The notes beneath the pieces are model-generated. The model was not told where the DNA came from. It saw only the letters and a program-made list of their open reading frames with translations, and ran no database searches. Positions 28,185-37,643 of a stretch of DNA of 61,503 bases are shown piece by piece; position 1 is the first letter of the stretch; the number at the start of each line of letters is the position of its first letter. Both the position numbers and the translations under genes were made by a program. The stretch is from Candidatus Vogelbacteria bacterium RIFOXYD1_FULL_46_19 (lineage in GTDB: Bacteria > Patescibacteriota > Minisyncoccia > Phycocordibacterales > XYD1-FULL-46-19). The DNA lies in NCBI GenBank assembly GCA_001824825.1, contig MHTK01000004.1:1-61503 (forward strand), read 5' to 3'.

Positions 28185-28256
28185 TGACCCTACCGGGAAT
28201 CGAACCCGGATTACCAGCTTGAAAAGCTGATGTCCTAACCGTTAGACGATAGGGCC
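28185..28256 (-). tRNA. tRNA-Glu(TTC)
   Basis: GGCCCTA/TAGGGTC acceptor, CAGC-TTTTCAA-GCTG, GGTTCGATTCC. Confidence 0.95.
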
Positions 28257-28363
28257 AAAAACTTAAACATTGAAATTCTAACAAAAAATAGCCAAAAGGC
28301 AAAGAAAAGGCCCCGGCGTCGGTTTAAAGTACCAACGGCGGGGCTCTGGTCGGACAGAAACTG

Positions 28364-28786
28364 CTAGGGGAAATTTTGGGCCCGGGCAGCCAGATCTTCT
28401 CGGTGAAGGCTCCAAGCCTTACCTGGTTTCAAGTCGACCCAAGGGATGACTTTAGGGAAACCTAGGCGACTGGCCAACTGCTCGAACAATCCAAGCCCCA
28501 GATCCCGATCGACCACCACGACCACGAAAGTCTCGTTGTGGCGATAGACCGCATAAAGCGCCCGCACCAGTTCCATCAAGCCTTCCTCATCGAGAATATT
28601 TTCGTAGCAAGCCGTTTCCAAGGGCTCGAGTTCGCCGGCCAGAATCACCCCCAAGTCCGCGTAAGCCGGGCTACTGGGTACCACCAGCACAAATTCTTCA
28701 TCCAAGAGCCCAGAGTCTTCCGCCCCCCATAGCCACTGATCGAGGTCTACCTGATGGCGAGCCAACACGATATACAAAGATTTCAT
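28364..28786 (-). CDS. Hypothetical protein, possibly a degenerate histidine-phosphatase fold
   Basis: MKSLYIVLARHQ, SSPA and a VVVVV strand; strong SD (AGGGGAGG). Confidence 0.55.
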   Translation of the reverse strand: MKSLYIVLARHQVDLDQWLWGAEDSGLLDEEFVLVVPSSPAYADLGVILAGELEPLETACYENILDEEGLMELVRALYAVYRHNETFVVVVVDRDLGLGLFEQLASRLGFPKVIPWVDLKPGKAWSLHREDLAARAQNFP

Positions 28787-28907
28787 CGGCCAATCCTCCC
28801 CTTTTGTTCCTCTTACATAATAACATTATTGCCCAGACTAGTCAAATCTCAACCTTGAAAAACCCCTTTGAAATTGGTATGATTGCTTTTACTAACCCTA
28901 CACACCT

Positions 28908-28995
28908 GGAGAGGTGGCTCGAGTGGTCTAAGGCACCGGTTTCGAAAACCGGCATACGGGCAACCGTATCGAGGGTTCAAATCCCTCCCTCTCCG
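28908..28995 (+). tRNA. tRNA-Ser(CGA)
   Basis: GGAGAGG/CCTCTCC acceptor, CCGGT-TTCGAAA-ACCGG, long variable arm, discriminator G. Confidence 0.95.
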
Positions 28996-29112
28996 CATCT
29001 AACAGCTAGCACGAAGAACCTCGTTTTAGCTTTACAAAACCACATCACTACGATGTGGTTTTGTAATCTTGAGATGTTATCTTTTAAGATAACATTGTGT
29101 TATACTCAAGAA

Positions 29113-29319
29113 ATGAAAAGTGAGGCTGAAAAGCTCGGTAAAAACCTTAAGCGAATCCGAACAGAAAAAGGAATTACTCAAGGTGATATCGCTAAATCAC
29201 TTAGTGTTAGTCGTGGTTTTGTAAGCAATATTGAGAATGGAAAAACAAATCCAACTCTCTCAACTATTTCGAGACTATCTAACGCGATAGGCGTAACAAC
29301 TGATGAGCTTTTAAAATAA
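29113..29319 (+). CDS. XRE-family HTH regulator (possible controller protein)
   Basis: LGKNLKRIRTEKGITQGDIAKSLSVSRGFVSNIENGKTNPTLSTI; true ATG at 29113. Confidence 0.9.
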   Translation: MKSEAEKLGKNLKRIRTEKGITQGDIAKSLSVSRGFVSNIENGKTNPTLSTISRLSNAIGVTTDELLK

Positions 29320-29320
29320 T

Positions 29321-30073
29321 ATGGCGAGTTTAACGACAATCGAAAAGCAAATACTAGAGAAACTTTTCCAGATGAATGGTGGGTATGTTTTGAATTTTTC
29401 CGATCGGACAATGGGCGAATTTTTCCGAGACGATGTTGGACTTGATATTTACACACAAAAATATAATTACGCCAGTGGATCAAAAGCAAATCGCTTAAGA
29501 GGTTTGTGGCTCAAAGCAGATAATAAAGTAACTGCAAAAAGCATATTGAAGTTGATCGAATATATTGAGAGTCAGATTTTGCTAGATAATCTTAAAAAAT
29601 CAGATTTTCCAGACGATAGAATAAATGCAGGAAGAGAGATTGCTGAAAAGCTACTTGGTAAAAAAGCTGAAGCTAAGGAGAATAAATCAAAAGCGACATT
29701 CAAAAACGGGAATATCAGTATTACTCTGCAAAAGGAGGTCTTTGATCATGTTCAAAAATTGTTAAATGGCGGGCACTATTTTAATGCCGTCGAAGAAGCG
29801 TACAAAATCGTCAGAAAGAAATTGAAAGATGTAACAGGTAAAGAAAAGGCGACCGATGCTTTTAATAATGCAAATTACGAAAAGATTTTTGGTCATCAGC
29901 CTACCGACGATGTAGAAAGCGACTTTTTCGAAGGGGTAAAGTTTTTACACATGTCGATTCAATTTTTGAGAAATGAAAAAGCACATACGCCAGCGCGAGA
30001 TCTCGATAAAAATCTAGCTATTCACTATATTTCGCTGGCTAGCCTTGCGTACGATTTGATAACTAGAAAATAA
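29321..30073 (+). CDS. TIGR02391-family protein with an AbiJ-N-terminal-like domain
   Basis: N-terminal GGYVLNFSDRT..SKANRL; C-terminal HYFNAVEEAYK..G..FLRNEKAH (HEPN-like RxxxxH). Confidence 0.7.
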   Translation: MASLTTIEKQILEKLFQMNGGYVLNFSDRTMGEFFRDDVGLDIYTQKYNYASGSKANRLRGLWLKADNKVTAKSILKLIEYIESQILLDNLKKSDFPDDRINAGREIAEKLLGKKAEAKENKSKATFKNGNISITLQKEVFDHVQKLLNGGHYFNAVEEAYKIVRKKLKDVTGKEKATDAFNNANYEKIFGHQPTDDVESDFFEGVKFLHMSIQFLRNEKAHTPARDLDKNLAIHYISLASLAYDLITRK

Positions 30074-30074
30074 T

Positions 30075-31172
30075 ATGTCTACCAAATCTTCAAACTCAAA
30101 TTTACATCGAGCCGCCAAGGTAAAGAATGACGAGTTTTATACTCGGTTGGTTGATATTGAAAAGGAGCTAAAACATTACAAGGATCAATTTCGAGGTAAG
30201 GTTGTTTATTGTAACTGTGACGATCCATTTGAAAGCAACTTTTTTAAATACTTTGCAGGTAATTTCAATGCACTTGGATTAAAAAGGCTTATTGCTACTA
30301 GCTATAAGCCGTCACCAATTGCCAATACGGAGCTTGTGTTGCAATCATCTCTTCTTCCTGGCTATGAAGATAAGGTTGTTCAAAAACCATCAAAACCAAA
30401 AGGTCGACCAAAAGTAACCGCCAACAAATTTATTATCAACGAAGTAAGTGACATAGACGGCGATGGAGCTTTTGATTTACGCGATATCGCGGAACAGCTT
30501 AAGGCTAACAAGAACAATGAGTGGGCACCACTTGAACTTGAGGGAGATTTTAGAAGCGAGGAAAGTATTGAGCTACTGAAGCAAGCTGACATCGTTGTAA
30601 CAAATCCGCCTTTTTCTCTGTTTCGGGAATATGTAAAGCAATTAGTTGAGCACAAAAAGAAATTTCTAATTATTGGAAGTGATAACGCAAGAAAGTATCA
30701 GGATATCTTTAAACTAGTTCAGGAAAATAAATTGTGGCCTGGGTACAGCAGAGTTAATGAATTTATGCAACCAGATGGGACGGTAAAGAAATTTGGTAAT
30801 GTTGGTTGGTTTACAAATCTTGATGTGTCCAAGCGTCATGAACTTTTGACGCTCTATAAAAAATACTCTCCAGACGAGTTTCCTAAATATGATAATTATG
30901 ACGCTATAGAAGTCTCAAAAGTTTCAGATATTCCAGTTGATTATAAAGGCGTAATGGGTGTTCCAATAACTTTCCTCGATAAATATAATCCGGAACAATT
31001 TGAAATTTTAGGAATGTCAGATAATAGAGATCCAAATTACGAGTATAGAACCAAACTGTATACTCAAGAGGATTCACCACAATACAATGATTTAAATAGG
31101 GGTACTGTGTTGAAGATCAAAGGAGAGCTTAAATCTACATATACGCGTTTATTAATAAAAGCCAAAAAATAG
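30075..31172 (+). CDS. Adenine-specific DNA methyltransferase, EcoRI-methylase family
   Basis: KNDEFYT, VVYCNCDDP, GDFRS, VVTNPPFS, GVPITFLDKYNPEQFEI. Confidence 0.9.
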   Translation: MSTKSSNSNLHRAAKVKNDEFYTRLVDIEKELKHYKDQFRGKVVYCNCDDPFESNFFKYFAGNFNALGLKRLIATSYKPSPIANTELVLQSSLLPGYEDKVVQKPSKPKGRPKVTANKFIINEVSDIDGDGAFDLRDIAEQLKANKNNEWAPLELEGDFRSEESIELLKQADIVVTNPPFSLFREYVKQLVEHKKKFLIIGSDNARKYQDIFKLVQENKLWPGYSRVNEFMQPDGTVKKFGNVGWFTNLDVSKRHELLTLYKKYSPDEFPKYDNYDAIEVSKVSDIPVDYKGVMGVPITFLDKYNPEQFEILGMSDNRDPNYEYRTKLYTQEDSPQYNDLNRGTVLKIKGELKSTYTRLLIKAKK

Positions 31173-31173
31173 T

Positions 31174-32292
31174 ATGAAAATCGATTTACATAAAATTAAA
31201 GTACGGCACGTGGTTGATGGCTACAAAGACAGCGCCGAAGAAGGTGTTGTTGCATACGGTGGCAAGCTCGATGTTCGTCCAAAATATCAACGTGAGTTCG
31301 TCTATAAAGACAAACAGCGAGATGCAGTTATTGATACTGTCAGAAAAGGGTTCCCACTTAACGTCATGTATTGGGTAAAGAGCGCCAAAGACAGTTTTGA
31401 GGTGCTCGATGGACAGCAACGAACAATCAGTGTTGGTCAATTCGTAAATGGAGATTTCTCTGTTGATTTCAATGGTCGAACAGCAATGTTCCATAATCTC
31501 ACTAAAGAGGAGCAAGAACAAATTCTCGACTACGAGTTGATGATCTATTTCTGTGAGGGTACGGACAAGGAAAAGCTTGATTGGTTCAAGATCATCAATA
31601 TCGCTGGTGAGCGACTTACAGATCAGGAACTACGCAACGCTGTATACACTGGTCCGTGGCTATCGGACGCAAAACTCAAGTTCAGTAAATCAAATTGTGC
31701 CGCATATCTCTTAGCGAACGATGGTGGAGCACTGCTTACGGGTTCCCCAATACGACAGGAGTATTTGGAAACTGCGCTTTCTTGGATAAACAACGGAGAA
31801 GTAGCTGACTATATGGCGAAACATCAGCACGACAAGAATGCTAATGAATTGTGGGAATACTTCCAGAACGTTATCGCGTGGGTACGAAAAACCTTCCCTA
31901 ACTACCGCAAAGAAATGGCAAATGTTAATTGGGGTGAGCTATACAACAAGTTTAAAGACAAGAAACTTGATGCTAAAAAGCTAGAAGTTGAAGTTGCAGA
32001 ACTGATGCAGGATGAGGACGTAACGAAAAAATACGGTATCTACCCCTACATTCTCACCAGGCAAGAAAAACATCTCTCAATACGCGCCTTCAATGACAAA
32101 ATGAAGCGTGAGGCATATGAGAGGCAGAAAGGAATATGTGTTGCTAGAAATGCTTCATGCAAAAATGGACATTTTGATATTAGTGAAATGGAGGCTGACC
32201 ACATAAAGCCTTGGCATGAGGGCGGAAAAACAGATGCAAAAAACTGCCAAATGTTGTGCAAGCAGGACAACAGAACTAAGTCCGGGAAATAA
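31174..32292 (+). CDS. DUF262 + HNH endonuclease (GmrSD-like)
   Basis: RPKYQREFVY, EVLDGQQR, C-terminal EADHIKPWHEGGKTDAKNCQMLCKQDN. Confidence 0.9.
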   Translation: MKIDLHKIKVRHVVDGYKDSAEEGVVAYGGKLDVRPKYQREFVYKDKQRDAVIDTVRKGFPLNVMYWVKSAKDSFEVLDGQQRTISVGQFVNGDFSVDFNGRTAMFHNLTKEEQEQILDYELMIYFCEGTDKEKLDWFKIINIAGERLTDQELRNAVYTGPWLSDAKLKFSKSNCAAYLLANDGGALLTGSPIRQEYLETALSWINNGEVADYMAKHQHDKNANELWEYFQNVIAWVRKTFPNYRKEMANVNWGELYNKFKDKKLDAKKLEVEVAELMQDEDVTKKYGIYPYILTRQEKHLSIRAFNDKMKREAYERQKGICVARNASCKNGHFDISEMEADHIKPWHEGGKTDAKNCQMLCKQDNRTKSGK

Positions 32293-32300
32293 AAGGGTGC

Positions 32301-33233
32301 ATGGAAAAACAGGTGACAAAAAATCAACATATTGTACCTCAAAGACATTTGAGAAAATTTTCCCTAACAAGTGACAAGAATAAGCTTAAAGCCTTTGATT
32401 GTGATCTAATTAAAATTTTAAACAAAGATCAGTCAATTATATCGGTTTGTAGTGGACATTTTCATTATGCTCTCGAACCAGGCACAGAAGATAAGTACAG
32501 TCAGGCAGTTGAAGATGCATTTGGAAATCTAGAGACTTGGTATGGAGACAATATCGAGAGAATAGAAAAATCTCTCTTAAGTCAAGAAAAATTGAGTGAC
32601 TCTGATAGATTTGGTCTTTCGTGTGTGATTGCAAATTTCTTCTTTAGGGGTCAAAACTTTAGACGTGAATCGCTAAGTGCACTTAAAGAATTAGTGGACT
32701 GGATGCAGCCGACTGTTAGCGAGCATATTTTTAGCGGAGTTTCAAAAAAGTACCCAGACATATTTACGGATAAGAAAAAAGGCAAAGAAATTGCAGACAA
32801 GGTAACACAAAACGAACTACAGAAAGTTGCTGGTAAAACATCCCACGCGACGCAGAGAGCTTTTGATGTCGGTCATGCTAATACGCTGACACGCAAGAAA
32901 TGGGATATTTTTCTGAATAAGACAGAATATCCTTTCATAACTAGTGATGAAGCAGTGATTGATTTAATGGATCCACGAATTCCAGAAAATTATATGTTGC
33001 GCGGGGCATGGTTGCTTAAAACACAAATTTTTAATCTATCTCCTAAAGTTTCTATCAGTCTCACTTTTCCATTCACAGAAGATCTACGCGGGAAAGTAGA
33101 ATATCGAGAAATGAACAACAAGGGGGACATTTTTAGACACAATTTGTTTTATGTGAATTTTTCTCACAAATACGCCTACGCACCAAATACTGATTTCTTT
33201 AAAGATCTAATCGCTTTTGAAGATAAAAAATGA
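32301..33233 (+). CDS. DUF4238-domain protein
   Basis: KNQHIVPQRHLRKF N-terminal motif; PFITSDEAV. Confidence 0.75.
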   Translation: MEKQVTKNQHIVPQRHLRKFSLTSDKNKLKAFDCDLIKILNKDQSIISVCSGHFHYALEPGTEDKYSQAVEDAFGNLETWYGDNIERIEKSLLSQEKLSDSDRFGLSCVIANFFFRGQNFRRESLSALKELVDWMQPTVSEHIFSGVSKKYPDIFTDKKKGKEIADKVTQNELQKVAGKTSHATQRAFDVGHANTLTRKKWDIFLNKTEYPFITSDEAVIDLMDPRIPENYMLRGAWLLKTQIFNLSPKVSISLTFPFTEDLRGKVEYREMNNKGDIFRHNLFYVNFSHKYAYAPNTDFFKDLIAFEDKK

Positions 33234-33279
33234 AAATAATTTTATGAATAAGTTATCAAAATTATCCAATCTAATATCG

Positions 33280-33486
33280 CTATCTTTCGACGGAATAATC
33301 GACCACATTCTTCCCCTTATCTGACTTCGGCTTTGGCACCTCAAACCATTCCGAATGCTCCTTATGCATTTTCCTCAATTTCTGTATACTTGTATCAAGA
33401 ATCCATAAATTAAACTGCCGTTTTAGTTCTAACTTCGGGACATCATCATCGCCGAGCTGTGACCAAATCTCCCCCTCCCTACCCAA
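33280..33486 (-). CDS. att-adjacent small ORF (GDDDVPKLE family), TTG start in the integrated state
   Basis: Ungapped protein similarity to 54844..55005. Confidence 0.5.
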   Translation of the reverse strand: MGREGEIWSQLGDDDVPKLELKRQFNLWILDTSIQKLRKMHKEHSEWFEVPKPKSDKGKNVVDYSVER

Positions 33487-33502
33487 TTAACCAAAAAAAA
33501 TT

Positions 33503-34150
33503 ATGAAAACCCAAACCCCCATAATCATTATCATTCTTTTAATAGTCATCGCTCTCTTTGGCTGGGGGCTAATTCGTGATGAGTCATCTATCAACAATCC
33601 GCCAGAGATTAATGACAACTCCCTACCACCAGACTGGACTTATCAATCAAGCACCATCTGCCAGGTCGACCTACCCCTACCACCCCAGACCGAAACCTAC
33701 ACCACCGACCGCGGTGAATACTGGCGTTTCCAGGAGAATCCCCAGAGTAACCAATTCTTCACTCACAATGCGGTGGTTATTTTACAAAATCCCGAGCTTG
33801 GTGGCTCTGGTTATATCGCCGGTGCCGTCATTGTGTCTTGCCAGCCTAACACCGAAAACCTAAGCTCGACCGAACTTGCCAGTAGTTACGCCGACTACTT
33901 AGCCACTCAAGGTGCAAGTGCTCCAGCCGAAGCCCAAATCACTTTAAACATCAACCGAACGACTCGTCTGTGGGGCGAGAATGTGGTAGTAGCTAGTCTA
34001 GCCGGCGGCCTGTTCAACCCGGCTGAGGAAATATTTATTGTAGCTACCCCCACCACCAATTATGTTATTGCCAAACCCGCTCACTCCACTGATGACTTCG
34101 TCCGCACTACGACCAACCAAATCTTTGAAGGTTTAAAATTAGCCAACTAG
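33503..34150 (+). CDS. Hypothetical membrane-anchored exported protein
   Basis: N-terminal hydrophobic anchor, 215-aa ORF. Confidence 0.75.
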   Translation: MKTQTPIIIIILLIVIALFGWGLIRDESSINNPPEINDNSLPPDWTYQSSTICQVDLPLPPQTETYTTDRGEYWRFQENPQSNQFFTHNAVVILQNPELGGSGYIAGAVIVSCQPNTENLSSTELASSYADYLATQGASAPAEAQITLNINRTTRLWGENVVVASLAGGLFNPAEEIFIVATPTTNYVIAKPAHSTDDFVRTTTNQIFEGLKLAN

Positions 34151-34184
34151 GTTAAAATCTTATGACTCGGATAATCCAACCAAT

Positions 34185-34256
34185 ATGGTAATTTTAGCCA
34201 TCGAAACTTCCTGCGACCCTGGTGAAATAAAAAGACATTTCACAGGGCAAGACTAA
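34185..34256 (+). pseudogene. Duplicated tsaD 5' fragment ending in a palindrome
   Basis: MVILAIETSCD then PGEIKRHFTGQD*; 23-bp TAGCCATCGAAACTTCCTGCGAC identical to 34303-34325. Confidence 0.8.
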
Positions 34257-34292
34257 TTTAACACAACCACCAACTTTCTCTTAATAATTATC

Positions 34293-35441
34293 ATGACCAT
34301 CCTAGCCATCGAAACTTCCTGCGACGACACCGCGATCAGTATTGTGGACACCTCTGGTGACCTTGGGCACCCGACTTTTCAGGTGTTAGCCCAAATAATT
34401 TCTTCGCAAACATCCATCCATGCCCCGTGGGGTGGAGTGGTACCTAACCTCGCCAAACGCGAACACCTTAAAAACCTGTTGCCGGTTTTAGACCAAGCTT
34501 TAACAGACGCTAATTTAAAAAAATCAGCCGACGCCTCGCTAACAGCAGACCAGCAACTAGCTATCGCCAAAGCCCTCGAGCGCGAGCCCGACTTAGCTGT
34601 AAGTTTAACCAACTACTTGTCGGCTAACGCCAAGCCAAACATCGAAGCTATCGCCGTTACGGCCGGTCCCGGTTTAGAACCGGCCCTCTGGGCCGGTATC
34701 ACCTTTGCCGAAGCCCTCGCGAGCGCTTGGAACCTACCGCTCATTCCTGTCAACCACTTAGAAGGCCATGTCGTTTCTCCCCTCTTAAAGCAAGAGGCCA
34801 CTTTACCAGCCTTGGCCTTAATCGTCTCCGGTGGGCACACTGAGCTGATTGAAATCTCCGCTTGGGGTAAGTATCAAAAGCTCGGTAGCACTCGCGACGA
34901 TTCGGTGGGTGAAGCTTTTGACAAAGTCGCCCGCCTCTTAAACCTCCCTTACCCGGGCGGCCCAGCTATTTCTAAACTAGCCCTCGAGGCCGAAACCAAT
35001 CACTATCCCAACTCGTGGCAACTACCTCGGCCCATGATTGATTCCCCTGATTTGGACTTTTCCTTCTCTGGCTTAAAAACGGCGGTACGTTACGCCCTAG
35101 ACAAGAAAGGTGACTTAACGCCTGAAGACCGAGCGACCCTAGCTTTAGAGTTTGAACAAGCGGTGGTGGATACACTGATGGCTAAAGTGGCCAAAGCCCT
35201 ATCTGCCCACTCAGCTCGAAGCTTTATTTTAGGCGGCGGGGTAGCGGCCAACCAGCGCCTGCGCCAAACACTCACCACCCGTCTTCAAACTGACTTCCCT
35301 GATGTCCAGTTACTCCTACCCGAACCAACGCTGGCCACCGACAACGCCACCATGATCGCCCTGGCCGCCGGCTTAAAACTGCTGGCCGGCCCCCCGGCAC
35401 CACCAACTACCATCCGAGCCCAAGGTAATTTATCGCTTTAA
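34293..35441 (+). CDS. tsaD: tRNA N6-threonylcarbamoyladenosine transferase TsaD
   Basis: LAIETSCDDT, GGVVPNLAKREH, HLEGH, VSGGHT, DFSFSGLKT, TDNATMIA. Confidence 0.96.
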   Translation: MTILAIETSCDDTAISIVDTSGDLGHPTFQVLAQIISSQTSIHAPWGGVVPNLAKREHLKNLLPVLDQALTDANLKKSADASLTADQQLAIAKALEREPDLAVSLTNYLSANAKPNIEAIAVTAGPGLEPALWAGITFAEALASAWNLPLIPVNHLEGHVVSPLLKQEATLPALALIVSGGHTELIEISAWGKYQKLGSTRDDSVGEAFDKVARLLNLPYPGGPAISKLALEAETNHYPNSWQLPRPMIDSPDLDFSFSGLKTAVRYALDKKGDLTPEDRATLALEFEQAVVDTLMAKVAKALSAHSARSFILGGGVAANQRLRQTLTTRLQTDFPDVQLLLPEPTLATDNATMIALAAGLKLLAGPPAPPTTIRAQGNLSL

Positions 35442-35504
35442 AATTGGTTTAATTTAAAGCTGAGGTCGTTCACTCAACATTTAATTTATGTTACGATAAC
35501 TTCC

Positions 35505-37643
35505 ATGGATCAAAGACTCACCAAACCCTACAACCCCGGCGAAACCGAAAGTCGCATCTACACTAAGTGGGAACAGTCGGGTTATTTCAACCCGGACAAT
35601 CTACCCAACCAAGCCGGGAAACCTTTCACTATTATTATGCCCCTGCCTAATGCCAATGGCCGCCTGCACGCCGGACATGCTTTGTTTATTGCCCTCCAAG
35701 ATATAATGACGCGCTATAAAAGAATGCGAGGCTTCCGGGCCCTCTGGGTCCCGGGCGCCGACCACGCCGGTTTTGAGACGCAAATTGTTTACGAGAAAAA
35801 ACTGGAAAAAGAAGGGCGCTCCCGTTTTGGGATGGACCCCGAGGCTCTGTACCGAGAAATTTATGACTTCACGATTGAACAGAAAAAGTTTATGGAAGAC
35901 GATGTGCGCACAGTGGGGGCTTCTTGCGACTGGTCACGAGAAAAATTTACCTTAGAACCGGAGATAGTGGGTAAAGTGCAAGCTTCTTTCAAGCGGATGT
36001 ACGACGACAACCTTATCTACCGGGGTAAGCGCCTGATCAACTGGTGTTCCAAACATCAGACTTCCCTGTCCGAAGTGGAAACGGACTTTATCGAAAAAAC
36101 CGAACCTTTTTATTACTTTAAGTACGGGCCTTTTACTATTGGCACCTCCCGTCCGGAAACTAAGTTTGGCGATAAGTATGTGGTGATGCACCCAGACGAT
36201 AAGCGTTATGCGGACTATAACCATGGCCAGCAAATAGATGTGGAGTGGATTAATGGGCCAATTACCGCGACCGTGATAAAAGATGAAGCGGTGGATATGG
36301 AATTTGGCACTGGGGTGATGACTATCACCCCTTGGCACGATCAGGTAGACTTCGACCTGGCCGAGCGTCACCATCTAGACAAAGAGCAAATTATCGATAG
36401 CTACGGTAAACTCCTACCGATTGCCGGCGAGTTTGCTGGTCAAAAAATTACCATCGCTCGCCCCCAGATTGTAGCCAAACTAGAAGCTAAGGGTTTGTTG
36501 GTAAAAATTGACGATAAATATTCCCATAACTTAAAAGTTTGTTACAAGTGTCAAACCCCAATCGAACCCCAAATCAAAGACCAGTGGTTTGTAAAAATGG
36601 CCCCCTTGGCTAAATTGGCCGTTGAGGCGGTTGAAAGTAATAAAATAAAATTTGTCCCCGACAACTTCCGTAAAATTTTTCTCTACTGGATGTCCAACCC
36701 TATCGACTGGAACATCTCCCGCCAAATTGTCTGGGGTATTCCCATTCCCGCCAAACTTTGTGTTAAGTGCGAGGCTGGCTGGCCAGATTTAAACAATGAA
36801 CTTAGTGCCTGCCCCACTTGTGGTGGCCCAGTGATAGCCGATACCGACACTTTTGATACCTGGTTTTCTTCCGGTCAGTGGCCCTATCTAACTTTAGATT
36901 ACCCTGACGGTGACAGTTTTAAAAAATACTACCCCACCGACATTATGGAAACCGGTCGTGACCTTATTTTCAAATGGGTCCCGCGCATGGTTTTCTTAAG
37001 TCTTTACACCACCGGCCAGATCCCTTTCCACACGGTTTATATGCACGGCATGGTTAATGATGCCAAAGGTCAAAAAATGTCTAAGTCAAAAGGCAATGTG
37101 GTTTCACCTTTAGATCTAATCGCCAAGTATGGCGCTGATGCCCTGCGGATTGGGCTAGTCGTTGGCAATACCCCCGGGACCGATTTAGCTTTAGCTGAAA
37201 ACAAAATAAAAGGGTACAAGCACTTTACCAACAAACTGTGGAATATCAGTCGGTTTATTTTAGACAGTACTAGTGCAATCACTTTTGACTCTGATTTTAG
37301 CGACTGGTCCGAGACTGATCATGCCCTGAGGACAGAGCTAAAAACCCTCATGGCCGATGTGACGGATGATATGGAAAACTTTCGTTTTCACTTGGCAGCT
37401 GAAAAACTGTATCACTACACTTGGCATCGTCTGGCTGATGATATTATTGAAAACAGTAAAAGTGTTTTACGCGAGCAGCGAGCAGCAGAGATTTTATCTC
37501 GTCAACAATTTTTACTACTCTCTCTGCGCACAGTAGTAGCGGCTCTGCACCCCTTTATTCCTTTCGTGACCGAAGAACTCTGGGGTATAATGAATGATAA
37601 TGACTCACTGCTTATGGTAGAGTCCTGGCCTCATCTTAACTAA
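35505..37643 (+). CDS. valS: Valine--tRNA ligase (short, no C-terminal coiled-coil arm)
   Basis: LHAGH (HIGH), DHAGFETQ, DWNISRQIVWG, DTWFSS, KMSKS. Confidence 0.95.
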   Translation: MDQRLTKPYNPGETESRIYTKWEQSGYFNPDNLPNQAGKPFTIIMPLPNANGRLHAGHALFIALQDIMTRYKRMRGFRALWVPGADHAGFETQIVYEKKLEKEGRSRFGMDPEALYREIYDFTIEQKKFMEDDVRTVGASCDWSREKFTLEPEIVGKVQASFKRMYDDNLIYRGKRLINWCSKHQTSLSEVETDFIEKTEPFYYFKYGPFTIGTSRPETKFGDKYVVMHPDDKRYADYNHGQQIDVEWINGPITATVIKDEAVDMEFGTGVMTITPWHDQVDFDLAERHHLDKEQIIDSYGKLLPIAGEFAGQKITIARPQIVAKLEAKGLLVKIDDKYSHNLKVCYKCQTPIEPQIKDQWFVKMAPLAKLAVEAVESNKIKFVPDNFRKIFLYWMSNPIDWNISRQIVWGIPIPAKLCVKCEAGWPDLNNELSACPTCGGPVIADTDTFDTWFSSGQWPYLTLDYPDGDSFKKYYPTDIMETGRDLIFKWVPRMVFLSLYTTGQIPFHTVYMHGMVNDAKGQKMSKSKGNVVSPLDLIAKYGADALRIGLVVGNTPGTDLALAENKIKGYKHFTNKLWNISRFILDSTSAITFDSDFSDWSETDHALRTELKTLMADVTDDMENFRFHLAAEKLYHYTWHRLADDIIENSKSVLREQRAAEILSRQQFLLLSLRTVVAALHPFIPFVTEELWGIMNDNDSLLMVESWPHLN

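Larger units (their letters stand above)
28996..33486. mobile_element. Integrase-less defence island downstream of tRNA-Ser(CGA)
   Basis: Visibly AT-richer co-oriented gene block; degenerate tRNA-3'-like copy CAAATCTCCCCCTCCCTACCCA near 33464-33485. Confidence 0.7.

Noticed and set aside
28996-29030. Recombinase C-terminus fused in frame to the DDVPKLE tail on excision
   Set aside because: The conserved FxVLxxRCG frame in both left arms is not the tail frame, and the tail frame has a stop just before the ATG. A new-start model fits better than a fusion.
28804-29319. 171-aa ORF from the track
   Set aside because: It reads through tRNA-Ser; only the HTH part from ATG 29113 is a credible protein.
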